From assembly GCF_006345805.1 (NCBI RefSeq), contig NC_043013.1, forward strand, positions 12,400,001-12,464,000: a stretch of 64,000 nucleotides of DNA, in the 5' to 3' direction. The position numbers and the translations under genes are program-made. Shown here piece by piece: positions 26,604 through 38,540 of the stretch. Each line of letters starts with the position of its first letter. Positions within the stretch are counted from its first letter, which is position 1. The notes beneath the pieces are model-generated. The model was not told the DNA's origin and searched no databases. It worked only from the letters and a program-made list of their open reading frames with translations. The DNA comes from Octopus sinensis (taxonomy: Eukaryota).

Positions 26604-27099
26604 AAAAAAATCCACCGTGGCCAACCAGGTTATCAGATGTTGCTACACATCGCTGGTCACAATATGATTCACATTGTTTTAGCCTTCAAATGACGCCACC
26701 TCGCTGGCTAAGCGAACAGACCAACAGAAGAAAGAGTGAGAGAAAGTTGTGGCGAAAGAGTACAGCAAAGATCGCCAATGCCCGGTCGGGGAATCGAAAC
26801 CGCGATCCTACGACCGCAAGTCTGCTTCCATATATATATCTTTAAGCTTTCTTTTCGGTTTGTGGTGGTGGTGGTGGTGGGGGGGGATTAAAATTGAATG
26901 TGATTAAGAAATGGTCCATCACTGGAATGGTGCCAGAACCAACATTAAAACCTGACCATTTGTCTCAGCACAAGAAGAATTCTTGCATCACTGCTGTGTG
27001 TCTTGGTTATGTCCAATAAAGTTGTTAATATATGGTGTGGTGGTGGCGGTTGTAGTAGTAGTAGTAGTAGTAGTAGTAGTGTAGTAGTAGTAGTGGCAG

Positions 27100-28245
27100 C
27101 TGATGGAATGGATGGGCAGGCAGGCTGATTGTGTCTGAGTGGTACTTATAATTGTTAGTTGGTCAAGCAGTGTGTGTGTGTGTGTGACCTGAAGTAGTTT
27201 TGTTGGTCAGAGTGTGTGACCAACAAACTGCATCTGGTGAGGCCTGAAGTTGTTAACTGGTCAATGGGTATGAATGAGACTTGAGGTGGTTTCTTAGCCA
27301 AACTGTGAGTGAGGCCTGAAGTGGTTTGTAGGTGAGTATGAGTGAATCTTGTGGTATTTGGTTGGTTGGCTGGTCAATGAATTATGAGTCAGACCTGTGG
27401 TAGTTTTGTTGATCAAAAGTGTGAGTGAAGGTAAAGATAGTTAATTGGTCAAGAAATGTAAGACAGAAGATAAGATAATTTATTGACCGAGGAATATCAG
27501 TGAGACTTGGGATGGAAGATAAAATAAGAGAAAATAGGGAAGCCTCTGACAATGTATGAAGTTTAATAAAATCTTGATATTTCAGGTGTAAGGGCCCAAC
27601 TTCAGAAACGAAGAACTGAATAAGGTCCAGTTATGTAGGTTCCGTTAACCCATTTAAATTCCCTAGAATTTATGTAACAGCAGCTGTTTACTCTTCAAAT
27701 GTAGGTGTAATCAACATTCCACGCATTGGTGTAAGCAAAAGTGATTACACCTACATTTGGAGAGTGACCTCTGTTGTTACATAAATTCAAGGGAATTTGA
27801 ATGGGTCAACGGAACCCACATATTTGGGCTTTGCTTCTGAAGTCGAGCCTTTGCACTTGAAATTTAAAGGTTTTATTAAACTTCATGCATTGTCAAAAGC
27901 TTTCTGTTTTCTCTCTTTTTTTACCTTCTTTGATATTACAATGCTTCAAGCAAACTACAATGCTCTCTTTTCTCTAGATTTGAGATAGTTAATTGATCAA
28001 GGAGTGTTAATGAGGCTTGAAATAGTTAATTGATCAAGGAGTATGAGTGAGGCTTGATGGTTAATTGATCTAGGAGTGTGAGTGACACTTGAGATGGTTA
28101 ATTGGTCAAGGAGTGTGAGTGAGGCTTGATGATTAATTGATCTAGGAGTGTGAGTGACACTTGAGATGGTTAATTGGTCAAGGAGTGTGAGTGAGGCCTG
28201 ACATACTTAACTTGTCAAGGAGAGCAAGTGAAGTGGCCATGTCAA
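27100..28245 (+). repeat. Degenerate 36-40-bp minisatellite (GTTAATTGGTCAAGGAGTGTGAGTGAGGCTTGA), interrupted by a foldback element
   Basis: Units are clearest at 27983-28245. Confidence 0.85.
27527..27916. mobile_element. Palindromic foldback/MITE-like element, arms ~185 bp
   Basis: Left ...CCCATTTAAATTCCCTAGAATTTATGTAACAGC...GTAGGTGTAATC mirrors right GATTACACCTAC...GTTACATAAATTCAAGGGAATTTGAATGGG...; loop ~27715-27740. Confidence 0.8.
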
Positions 28246-28907
28246 AAGAGGTTCTGTAGTGAACACACCCGAAAGACTGAAGACAGACACTTTCTTTCTC
28301 AACCAAGCCTTCAATGGCAATTCTAAGTTCCATTCAGAAAGTGAAAGTAAAAGTAGAGAGGGAGGTGGTAAATTTGTGAAAGGTCAAATGGTGTGTGAAT
28401 GAAGTGAGAAGAGTACGACTGAACTGAGTTGCTCTACGCATGTGTCTGAAAGCTGAAAATCACGGAATGGTGAACCCTTGCCGTGGCACTCCTGGTGAGT
28501 GAGGTGACTCAGAATCTGTGGAATATACATGTCCATTCTGCCAGATGGTTGCTCTTAGGAAGGGCATTTGGCCTTAAGAACCATGCCAAAACAGACGCTG
28601 AAGTCTGGTGTAGTCTTCTGCCTGGCCAACTCCTGTCAAACCATCTCATCCATGCCAGCATGGAATGCAGATGTTAAACAATGATGATAATGATGATCTC
28701 ACACAGACATACACACACACACATATAATCAATTCAAATAAACAAATAAAATTAACGGACAACAATAGGATGTGCACAAGAGAGGGTTTGATGTTTTGAG
28801 CAGAGCTCTTTGTCGGAAAGGAGAAAGGTAAAAGTCCAAAGAATGAAAAGAGATCACCAACAGCACGTGTGTAGTTATATATATATATGTGTGTGTATAT
28901 ATATATA

Positions 28908-29452
28908 GGGTTATTCAAAAAGAATGAACCGATTTCATTACGCAATATTTTAATAAGGAAAAATAAAAGAAAACTCCAGCTAAGTCACAAGTATTTACTC
29001 ACAATAAACTTTTATTTCCTGTCTTACAAATGTTCAATGGGACCACCACCTGCAGTATGGGCAACATCAATGTGATAAGAGAATTCCTCCCAGACGCGTA
29101 TCAGCATATCACGATCCACTGAGTACTTCTTTCGCTGTCTGGTTGAATGCTTTATCGAAGTTTTTCCATTTCCCTTCTATGTCAATATCTTCTGGAATCA
29201 CCTCAAGCAATGCAAATTTATTCTTTAGTTCCATAATGAACTTGCTTTTGATATGCTGATATGCGTCTGGGATGAATTCTCTTATCACGTTGATTTTGCC
29301 TGTCCTGCAGGTGGTGGCCACATTGAACACTTAGTAAGACAGGAACTAAAAGTTGATTGTGAGTAAATACTTGTGACTTAGCTGGAGTTTTATATTGTTT
29401 TTCCTTATTAAAATATTGTGTAATGAAACCAGTTTATTGTTTTTGAATAACC
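28908..29452. mobile_element. Tc1/mariner-derived foldback made of two inverted right ends (arms 28908-29111 and 29249-29452)
   Basis: Both arms encode a transposase-like C-terminus (DMLICVWDEFSYHVDFACPAGGGHIEHL; DMLIRVWEEFSYHIDVAHTAGGGPIEHL*); termini GGTTATTCAAAAA / TTTTTGAATAACC in TA context. Confidence 0.75.
29112..29248 (-). pseudogene. LINE ORF2 endonuclease-RT linker fragment (RTE-like) forming the foldback spacer
   Basis: KFIMELKNKFALLE...DIEGKWKNFDKAFNQTAKEVL fits the pattern F..EL.NRF..L...W..IK.A....A.EVLG. Confidence 0.6.
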
Positions 29453-30473
29453 TCATATGTATATATTATATATGAAATACAAAATGGGATAAGAATGCAA
29501 AACATCCGGACAGCAAGGTGATACAAAAAGGGACAAAACATCCAGATAGACAATACAAAGAAAACAAGGACAGGTCATTCGAAATTTTCTTTCCTCAGTC
29601 AAGCACCAGATTATCCTCGCAATTTCGGCTGATTATTCTTGAGATTGCTCCAATCTGGCCAGCCCCAAGGAAAAACTAAGCTAAGAGCATTAGATTCCTT
29701 GGAAGAAATCAGCAAATATATCTATATCTATATATATATATATTAGTGGTAAGGAACACTCAAGAGAGCTGAATAGCAGAAGGTCTTCAGGGAAGAAGCC
29801 CCACGTCAGACAAATGTTTCGGTCCTTAAATTCTTACATTGTAAGGGGGCCAGGCCTCATCCTGATCATGACTCACGGATGCTGTTCTGCTGACATATTT
29901 TAGCCACTTGGATATCAGACACTCATACATTGAAACCACTTGGAGATTCCATCTGGTTGTAACTCCTCTCTGTCGTGTCAGCTTTCAAACTTATCCTCTG
30001 ATTTGTGGATTTTTGTTGTTGTTTTCGCTTCGTTTTTTGTGTGTGTGTGTGATTCGAAATTTAATTCCTTTTCGCATTCTCTCATTTCAGTTTCCTATCA
30101 GGTGTGTATATATTGCACATGCACGTGTATCAACACCTTGGTGTGTGTGTGTGCGTGTGTTTCTGTGTGTGTGTGGATTTTTTTTTTATCGTAATATAGA
30201 CACACATATTTGCAGCTAACAAATGCTGCATGTCTTTAGAGTGGTAACTTTATATTCACCCACAATGCATACACCTGTTCGAGATTGCCCACTTTCCTTT
30301 TACATGCACTGATGTGTGTGTGTGTGTGTGTGTATGTATATATGTATATATATATATGTGTGTGTGGCAAGAAGAAAATGGAGGGGATCCAGAGATAGTA
30401 TGCATCAACTGTTAGACATTATATTATGTCTATTTATATTAAGCAATTATGAGAATATATATACATATATATG

Positions 30474-30511
<38 letters not shown>

Positions 30512-30574
30512 ATACACACATACATATATGTATGTATGTGTATATATATGTATATATATATATATGTGTATATA

Positions 30575-30618
<44 letters not shown>

Positions 30619-30921
30619 CATATATACATACATATATGTATGTATGTATATATATGGTGTGTGTGTGTGTATATACTCACTGTGCACTTTCCATCTTCTC
30701 ATTCCTCTTTGGTGTATCTATTATATATCAACATACATACAATTAATATTTTTGCATATATATATACACACTATATACATATGGGCCTCTGTGTGTAGAT
30801 GTATGTATGTGTGTGTGTATCTATATATATATATATTATAAAAATATAAGTAATATATATATATATATATTATTTATATTATTATTTGATTGAACACCAT
30901 ACGTCCATTTCCAAGTAACTT

Positions 30922-30952
<31 letters not shown>

Positions 30953-31499
30953 GTATATATACATATGTATATATACATATGTAAATGTTATATTTACTTA
31001 TGGGATTATATAACTTTTTCAGTTGAATGTTTTTTCCGCTTCTTTTGCAAAAACAAAACTGTGCTCACATGTGTGTGTGTGTGTGTGTATGTGTAAGTCA
31101 TGTTAACGTGTGTTTAACATGACCCTAATAAGTGTATATAACATATGTTATGCGGTATGTGTATATATAACCTGAATTCACTCTGTACACACAAACACAC
31201 AAGCACACACACACACACGCCTATATATAAATAATTATGTCAATCTAACTCTGTCTATAGGGTGGGTGTATATACATACATACATATATATATTCCTTGT
31301 GTGGTATATAAATTCATCTGCCTCTTCATATTGTTATACATAAACAATATTTACAAAGCAAAACAAAAACTCTCACCCACTTTTTTTGATATTTGTTATT
31401 TTTATATATTTTTGTTTCAATGTTTTCAATGTTTTTTTTTTGCTGTTATTTTATCAAATACAGAAAGCTTTCCTTGTTGTTGTTGTTGTTGTTGTTATT

Positions 31500-32134
31500 A
31501 AAGCGGCAAATTGGCAGAATCATTAGCACGCCGGGCGAAATGCTTAGCCGTATTTCGTCTACCGTTCCGTTGTGAGTTCAAATTCCGCTGTGGTCGACTT
31601 TACCTTTCATCCTTTCGGGGTCGATAAATTAAGTACCAGTTACGCACTGGGGGCGATATAATCGACTTAATCCGTTTGTCTCTCCTTGTTTGTCCCCTCT
31701 ATGTTTAGCCCCTTGTGGGTAGTAAAGAAATAGGTATTTCATCTGCCGCTACGTTCTGAGTTCAAATTCTGCTGAGGTCAACTTTAACTTTCATCCTTTC
31801 AAGGTCGATAAATTAAGTACCAGTTATGTACTGGGGTCGATGTAATCGACTGTCACCCCTCCTCAAAAATTTCGGGCCTCATGCCTATAGTAGAAAAGAT
31901 TATTATTATTACTATTATTAATTTGACGAGCTGACAGAATCATTAGCACACCAGGCGAAATGCTTAGCAGTATTTCATCTCTCTTTGCATTCTGAGTTCA
32001 AATTCTGTTGAGGTCAACATTGCCTTTCATCCTTTCAGGGGTCGATAAATTAAGTACCAGTGAAATACTGGGGTTGATGTAGTCGACTAGTTCCCTCCAC
32101 CTGAATTTCAGGCCTTGTGCCTTTAGTAGAAAGG

Positions 32135-32135
<1 letters not shown>
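31500..32135 (+). mobile_element. SINE family B dimer followed by a monomer
   Basis: Dimer junction GGGTAGTAAAGAAATA|GGTATTTC at ~31720-31740. Confidence 0.8.
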
Positions 32136-32169
<34 letters not shown>

Positions 32170-32188
32170 GTGTATATACACACACACA

Positions 32189-32626
32189 TACTCTTTTACT
32201 TGTTTCAGTCATTTGACTGTAGCCATGCTGGAGCACCGCCTTTTAGTCGAGCAAATCGACCCAGGGACTTATTCTTTTGTAAGCCTAGTACTTATTCTAT
32301 CGATCTCTTTTGCTGAACCGCTAGGTTGCGGGGACGTAAACACACCAGCATCGGTTGTCAGGTGATGTTGGCGGGACAAACACAGACACACAAACATATA
32401 AATGCATATATATATATATAAAAATATAAATGCATATATATATATATATATACACACACATATATATACATATATACGGCGGGCTTCTTTCAGTTTCCGT
32501 CTACCAAATCCATTCACAAAGCTTTGGTTGGCCTGAGGCTATAGTAGAAGACAAGGTGCCATGCAGTGGGACTGAACTCGGAACCATTTGGTTCGTAAGC
32601 AAGCTACTTACCACACAGCCACTCCT
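32189..32626 (-). mobile_element. SINE family A, full length
   Basis: Reverse complement of the consensus. Confidence 0.9.
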
Positions 32627-32770
32627 ACGCTTGCTAATGTTATATTTATTTATAGTATTACATAACTTTTCCAGTTGAATGTTTTTTCCACTTTTTTTGT
32701 GAAAACAAATGTGTGTTCTGATTTTTTTTTTTATTTTGTTAGTCCTGTTTAAGCACAAAACCCTTGCAAC

Positions 32771-32827
<57 letters not shown>

Positions 32828-32914
32828 TGTTTTGTCATGTGATATCCATAATGTTTCCCTTAATGTAAACCCTTGTGGCTAATAAAGTAATTATTATTAT
32901 TATTGTTATTATTA

Positions 32915-34370
32915 TTAAGGCAGTAAGCTATCAGAATCATTGGCCTGTCGGATTAATTGCTTAGCAGCATTTTACTTCTCTTCATGTTCCAAGTTCAAAT
33001 TCCACCGAGGTCGACTTTGCTTTTTATCCTTTCGGGGTCGATGAAATATGTACCAGTTGAGCACGGGGGGGGGGGTCAATATAATTGACTAGCCCCCCCT
33101 CCTTCCTGCTGTATATCAGTCCTTGTACCTAAAATAGAAACGCATTATTATTTATCTATTTATTTATCGGTTCTCTTAGACTTGCCAATTATCTAAAGTT
33201 TTTCCTTCCACCCCACTCCCCACCCATAAGGTACATGTGGTTCTCGTTAAAGGGCATTGTTGCTCTCGCTTGTAATTTAATTACTATAACGACATGATTA
33301 ATGACAGTGATGATGGACATGGCTGAAACATTGGTGTCCCAGTCTAAAATGTCATTATTTAATTACACCCCGTTTACATTCTGAGTTCAAATCCCACCTG
33401 GGACTTGATTCGCCTTTTATCCATCCTGGGTCAATAGAGCAGGTGAGAGTTTAATATTGCCAGGTGGTGATGGAGGAGCAATAAAACCAGCTGATGCGCA
33501 CACACCCAAAAGGAAACTTGTGGCTTTGTGCCAATGTTAGACATATTTGATTGTCTTTTTAATTAGTTGAGGAAGGTGGATTGGCAAATTCGTTAGGGCA
33601 TCAGACGAATCATTATGTGGCATTTGTTCCAGGTCTTACCATTCTTTGTTCAAATCTCACCAAGTCCGAGTTTGTCTTTTATTCATCAGGAATCAATACA
33701 AATTGTTACTGTTGTTGTTGTTGTTAATAAGACGGCAAGCTGGCAGAATTCTTAGCACGCCAGACGAAATGCTTAGCAGCATTTCGTCTGTCTTTACGTT
33801 TTTGAGTTCAAATTCTGCCTAGGTTGATTTTGTTTCTTCCTTTCGGTGGGGGTCAATGTAATGAAATACCCCCTCCTCCAAATTTCAGGCCTTGTGCCTA
33901 TAATAGAAAGGATTATTACTATCAAGCTTGGCAGGTTCATTAGCACACCAGACAAAAATGCTTAGCAGCATTCTGAGTTCAAGTGCCACTGAGGTCAACT
34001 TTACCTTTCGTCCATTGAGGGTTGATGAAATAAGTACCAGCTGCGAACTGGAGTCAATGTAATCAGTTGCTTCCCTATCTCTAAAATTGTTGGCCTTGTG
34101 TCAGTTTGTGTGTCAGCCAAAATGTCTGACAATTGTCTGACAAAATGTCTGATATTTGTCTGACAAAATGTTTGACAATTGTCTGACAAAATGTTTGACA
34201 ATTGTCTGATAATTGTCTGACAATTAGTGACAATTCTTCCAGCTCTTTATGGTCTAGGTTCGAATCCTGTGATGGTCAACTTCGCCTTACATCCTTTCGA
34301 GGGGTCAATAAATTAAGGTACCAGTCATGTTCTGAGGTTGATGTGATCAGTTTTCTCTTTCCCCTCAATA
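32915..34370 (+). mobile_element. Cluster of degenerate SINE family B copies; 22-bp minisatellite at 34131-34232
   Basis: Family B motifs at ~32915, 33370, 33730, 33920 and 34250; repeated TTGTCTGACAAAATGTTTGACAA. Confidence 0.75.
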
Positions 34371-34384
34371 AAGACTTTCAAAAC

Positions 34385-34777
34385 AGTAAGTAGACCCAGG
34401 AAAACGTGGGACAAAGTGGTGAGAAAGGATCTTCAGATGCTGGGCCCCACTGAAAAAATGACAAAGGGCCGTGAGATATAGCGATTTGCTGTACTTGTTA
34501 AGACACAACCAAGCTAATTAAAATTGCTGTCTTTCAGACATACAAGCTTATCCTTTCAGGTGCCGGTACCACATAAAAACCACCTGTGCCAATCGCATGT
34601 AAAAAGCACCTAACACTTTCTATTAAGGGGTTGGCATTAGGAGAGGACATCCAGCCATAGAAACCATGTCACAACAGACAGTTGGAGCCGGGACAGCTTC
34701 TCTGCTGGACAGCTCCATGTTAAAACCATCCAGTCCATGCCAGCATGGAAAGTGGACGTTAAACGATGATGATGATG
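34385..34777 (+). mobile_element. Degenerate RTE LINE 3' end
   Basis: RPRKTWDKVVRKDLQMLGPTEKMTKGREI*RFAVLVKT, then UTR ending GGACGTTAAACGATGATGATGATG. Confidence 0.75.
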
Positions 34778-34807
34778 AAAAACTGGGGTTGATTTATTTG
34801 AGTAATC

Positions 34808-35263
34808 CAGTGATTCTCAACTTGGGTCCATTATGGCCCTTGGGGCACTGTTTAAGATTTTGGTGTTAAAATTTACGGTTACGCACAAAAAATTTTAACA
34901 ATTTTTTTTTTAATGCATTTCTTAATATGTAATTCTAAAAAGTATAAATGGTCTTTTTTAGACATTAAATGGCTATGAGTAAAATAGAAATGAAAGGGAG
35001 CCATAGGTATAAAATGGTTGGGGTCCATATGGCCCTTCGGGGGTCCCTGTAAGATTTTGCTGCCAGAGTTTTTTCTGCAAGAAATTGGTTATACTTTATA
35101 ATATACAAAATATTTTAACAACTATTTTTATACAGTTTTTAATAATATTTAATTATAAAAATATAACAGGATTTTTGTTTTAGCATAAAATAGCTGTGGG
35201 GGTCCTTCCAGGTAAAATAAGAATCACAGAGGTCCATAGGTAAAAAATGAATGAGAAACACTG
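34808..35263 (+). mobile_element. hAT (Charlie-like) MITE, apparent tandem dimer
   Basis: Ends CAGTGATTCTCAAC ... GAGAAACACTG; internal restart GGGTCCATATGGCCCTT at ~35021; no matching 8-bp TSD found; fragment at ~50668. Confidence 0.6.
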
Positions 35264-35494
35264 AACTAAACCTCTTAAGAAGTGTGCCTATGCATGGCCA
35301 CAGTCCAATGACCGAAAATAATGAAAGGTGAATAATTATAAAAAAAATATCCTTTATTCCTCAGTTTTTTTGTTTTTTTTTTAAATTTCTTTTCATGTTT
35401 CCAATTTCTGTTATACTTTTAATGTTCTTCTGTTTCCTTTATTTTACTTCACGGAATTGCATGGCTATCTGTATATCTTTCCAGGTTTTTTCTA

Positions 35495-35696
35495 CAGTGG
35501 GCACCTGTTGGTCGTCTGGCCTCCGCCCACCCCACGTGGGGCTGGCCATATCTGGCAAGGGGCCATCGCTGCCTCTCTCGCAACATACTGCCCCCTCTCT
35601 TCTTCGTCCCGACATGCATGTGATCTTCCACTACCACTACCTCCGCTATCGTTACTACTACTACTACTACAACCACCACCACTACTGCGATTTGCA
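35495..35696. CDS. GC-rich unique segment, candidate coding exon (strand unresolved)
   Basis: About 60% GC over 35495-35640 in AT-rich context; strong pyrimidine-tract acceptors on both strands; several open frames. Confidence 0.3.
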
Positions 35697-36039
35697 CTGG
35701 CAAAAACACAAAACAATCGCAAAAACATCAGAAAACCAACAAAAATAAAACGCAAAAGAAATAGCCAAAAGTGGAACTCCTGATACAGTCACAATGGTAG
35801 CAAGCAACGTACAGTCTTTTCTTCTATTTATTATTACGACTACTAATGCTACCGTTGTTTCTACTACTACTACTACTACTATTAGTATTATTACTACTCT
35901 GTTGAGCACCGTGTCTCAAAAGGTGACTCTCGTGTTGCTTCTACTACTGCTACTACTACTGCTGCTACTACTACTACTTCTGTTACTACTGCTATTGGTG
36001 ATGGTGTTGGTGATTTCTTTTTGTTATTTGACTTGCTTG

Positions 36040-36660
36040 GAGATTTCTTCCTACACTTACCCTATCCTTCACTCCCCTATCCTCCACTCAACCTATCCTC
36101 CACTCACCTATCCTCCACTCAACCTGTCCTTCGCTCCCCCTGTCATTCACTCACCCTCTCCTTCCCTCTCCCTATGCTCCACTTAACCTATCCTCCACTC
36201 AACCTGTCCTTCACTCGCACTATCATTCACTTATCCTCTCCTTCACACCCTTTCCTTCATTTACCTTACCCTTTACTCTATCACATCTGTACCTACACTC
36301 ACCTTATCTTTCACTCTGTCACATCCCTTTCCTACACTTACACTCACATTGTCCTCCACTCACTCCGTCCTTCACTCACCCTATACTCCGCTCCATCACA
36401 TACCTACCTGCACTCACATTATCCTTTACTCAACCTGTCCTTCATTCTCCCCATACTCCACTCACCTTGTCCTTCACTTACTCTATTCTTCACTCACCCT
36501 ATCCTTCATCCCATCACATCCTCACCTACACTCACACTAACTTTCCTCTTCACTCACCTTGTCCTTCACTCCATCACATCCCTACATACACTCACTCACC
36601 CTATCCTTCACTCAGTCACATACTCCATTCTTGTTCCACATTTCACTCAAACCCACCCCA
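36040..36660. repeat. Degenerate C/T-rich minisatellite (CTATCCTCCACTCA-like units)
   Basis: Seen directly; explains ORF 36021-36866. Confidence 0.85.
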
Positions 36661-37007
36661 CCCCCATTATGTATTTTTATTTCTGGCTTTTGGTGGTTGG
36701 TTTGTTTTTCTTTTGTTCTTTTTTTTCAGGTCAGTTGGTTGATTCTTTGGTTGGTGTGTGTTGTTTTGTTTTTAGTTTTTTTGGTGTGGTTCATAATTGC
36801 TTCTTTCTCTTTTTTTTATTTTGTTGTTGTTTTTCTTTTAGTATTGAATTAATATTTTCAGTGTGATTGTTACTGTTGTTGTTGTTGGTATTGTTCTTAA
36901 CACTCTGGCACCTAGTTGCACTGATATACATACATACGCACTTCACAGACATATACATAGACAGAGAGAGAGAGTGTACATGAGAGAAAAGAGATAGATA
37001 GATAGGT

Positions 37008-37136
37008 GCAGGATGGCTGTGTGGTAAGTAACTTGCTTATGAACCACATGGTTCCGGGTTCAGTCCCACTGCGTGGCACCTTGGACTTACCGAAGCTTTG
37101 TGAGTGGATTTGGTAGACGGAAACTGAAAGAAGCCC

Positions 37137-37179
<43 letters not shown>

Positions 37180-37370
37180 ATACATATATATATTATATGT
37201 GTGTGTGTGTGTGTTTGTGTTTGTCCCCCCAACATCGCTTGACAACCAATGCTGGTGTGTTTAGAATAAGTACTAGGCTTACAAAGAATAAGTCCTGAGA
37301 TTGATTTGCTTGACGAAAGGCGGTGCTCCAGCATGGCCACAGTCAAATGATTGAAACAAGTAAAGAGTAT
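37008..37370 (+). mobile_element. SINE family A with internal deletions
   Basis: Head, body and tail motifs are present. Confidence 0.85.
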
Positions 37371-37399
37371 ATGCAAATATATATATATATATACATATA

Positions 37400-38228
37400 T
37401 AAAACAGACTTGGAAATGGATGCATGTCTTTTGATCATATAATAATATAAATATGTATATATACATGCATATATGGGTAGAGGATGTCAAAAGAACATGA
37501 ACAAAATGAGAAACGAGAACATAAAAAACAAAAGCATGGAAAGCAAACTTTTTTTTGAACAATGAAAGAAACAAATAGAGAAACGAGACATCAACATAAA
37601 GAACACTCCCTTCATCAGTTGTCCCCTGTTTTATCTACTCCATGTTTCGAAGGTAAGGATAATATGCTACTTCGTGAAAACAGTCATTCCTGCAAAGCAA
37701 ATTAAATAAAATTTGGGATTTTTTGCGGAGGGTTAGAGTGGTAACAAAAACAGGACAGTAAGAGCAAAACAGTAAAAACAAACGGTTAGGGCTGTTAAGC
37801 CATAACAAGGTGAAGTGGTGAACGCTGTTAAGCCATAAGGAGCTGAAGTGGTGAACGCTGTTAAGCCATAACGAGGTGAAGTGGTGAACGCTATTAAGCC
37901 ATAACGAGGAAAAGTGGTGAACGCTGGAAAAATGAGCTTTGAGGTGACAGGCAAAAAGCATGTCTTGTCTTTAGGAAGGAAGTGGAAGAAAGAAAGATAG
38001 ATAGCCGTTGGTCACGTGTGAGCAACGAGAGAGTCAAGGAAGAGAGAGAGAGAATGATGAAGGGGAGAGGAGAAAAATTAGAGAAAGGGTGGGAGAGAAA
38101 AACAGAAAGGAAGAAGAACAAGAGAGGAGATAGAATAGAGATAGGTTGTAGAGTGCACATGGGAATTATTAAGATAAAACTTACTTGGAAATGGATGTGT
38201 AGCGTTCGATCATATAATAATATAAATA

Positions 38229-38259
<31 letters not shown>

Positions 38260-38540
38260 TACATATATATACATACCTTGACAACTGATGTTGGTGTGTT
38301 TACATCCCCGTAACTTAGCGGTTTGGCAAAAGAGACTGATAGAATAAGTACTAGGCTTACAAAGAATAAGTCCTGGGGTCGATTTGCTCGACTAAAGGCA
38401 GTGCTCCAGCATGGCCACAGTCAAATGACTGAAACAAGTAAAAGAGTACCTACATATATATGTATATATACATGCATATATGGGTATAGGATGTAAAAAA
38501 AATGTGAACAAAGTGAGAAACGAGAACATATAAAACAGGC
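37400..38540 (-). mobile_element. Probable non-autonomous PLE-related element with partially duplicated terminal segment, interrupted by a SINE A half (38275-38447)
   Basis: CTTGGAAATGGATG...GATCATATAATAATATAAAT at ~37409 and ~38167; ATATGGGTA.AGGATGT...GAGAAACGAGAACAT at ~37470 and ~38478; homologous to 13096-13280. Confidence 0.5.
37791..37926. repeat. 33-bp tandem array, 4 units
   Basis: GCTGTTAAGCCATAACGAGGTGAAGTGGTGAAC x4 with few substitutions and no spacers. Confidence 0.95.

Noticed and set aside
37791-37926. 33-bp repeats as a CRISPR array or coding repeat (SVHHFTSLWLN)
   Set aside because: Contiguous units, no unique spacers, no cas genes; lies inside a repeat element
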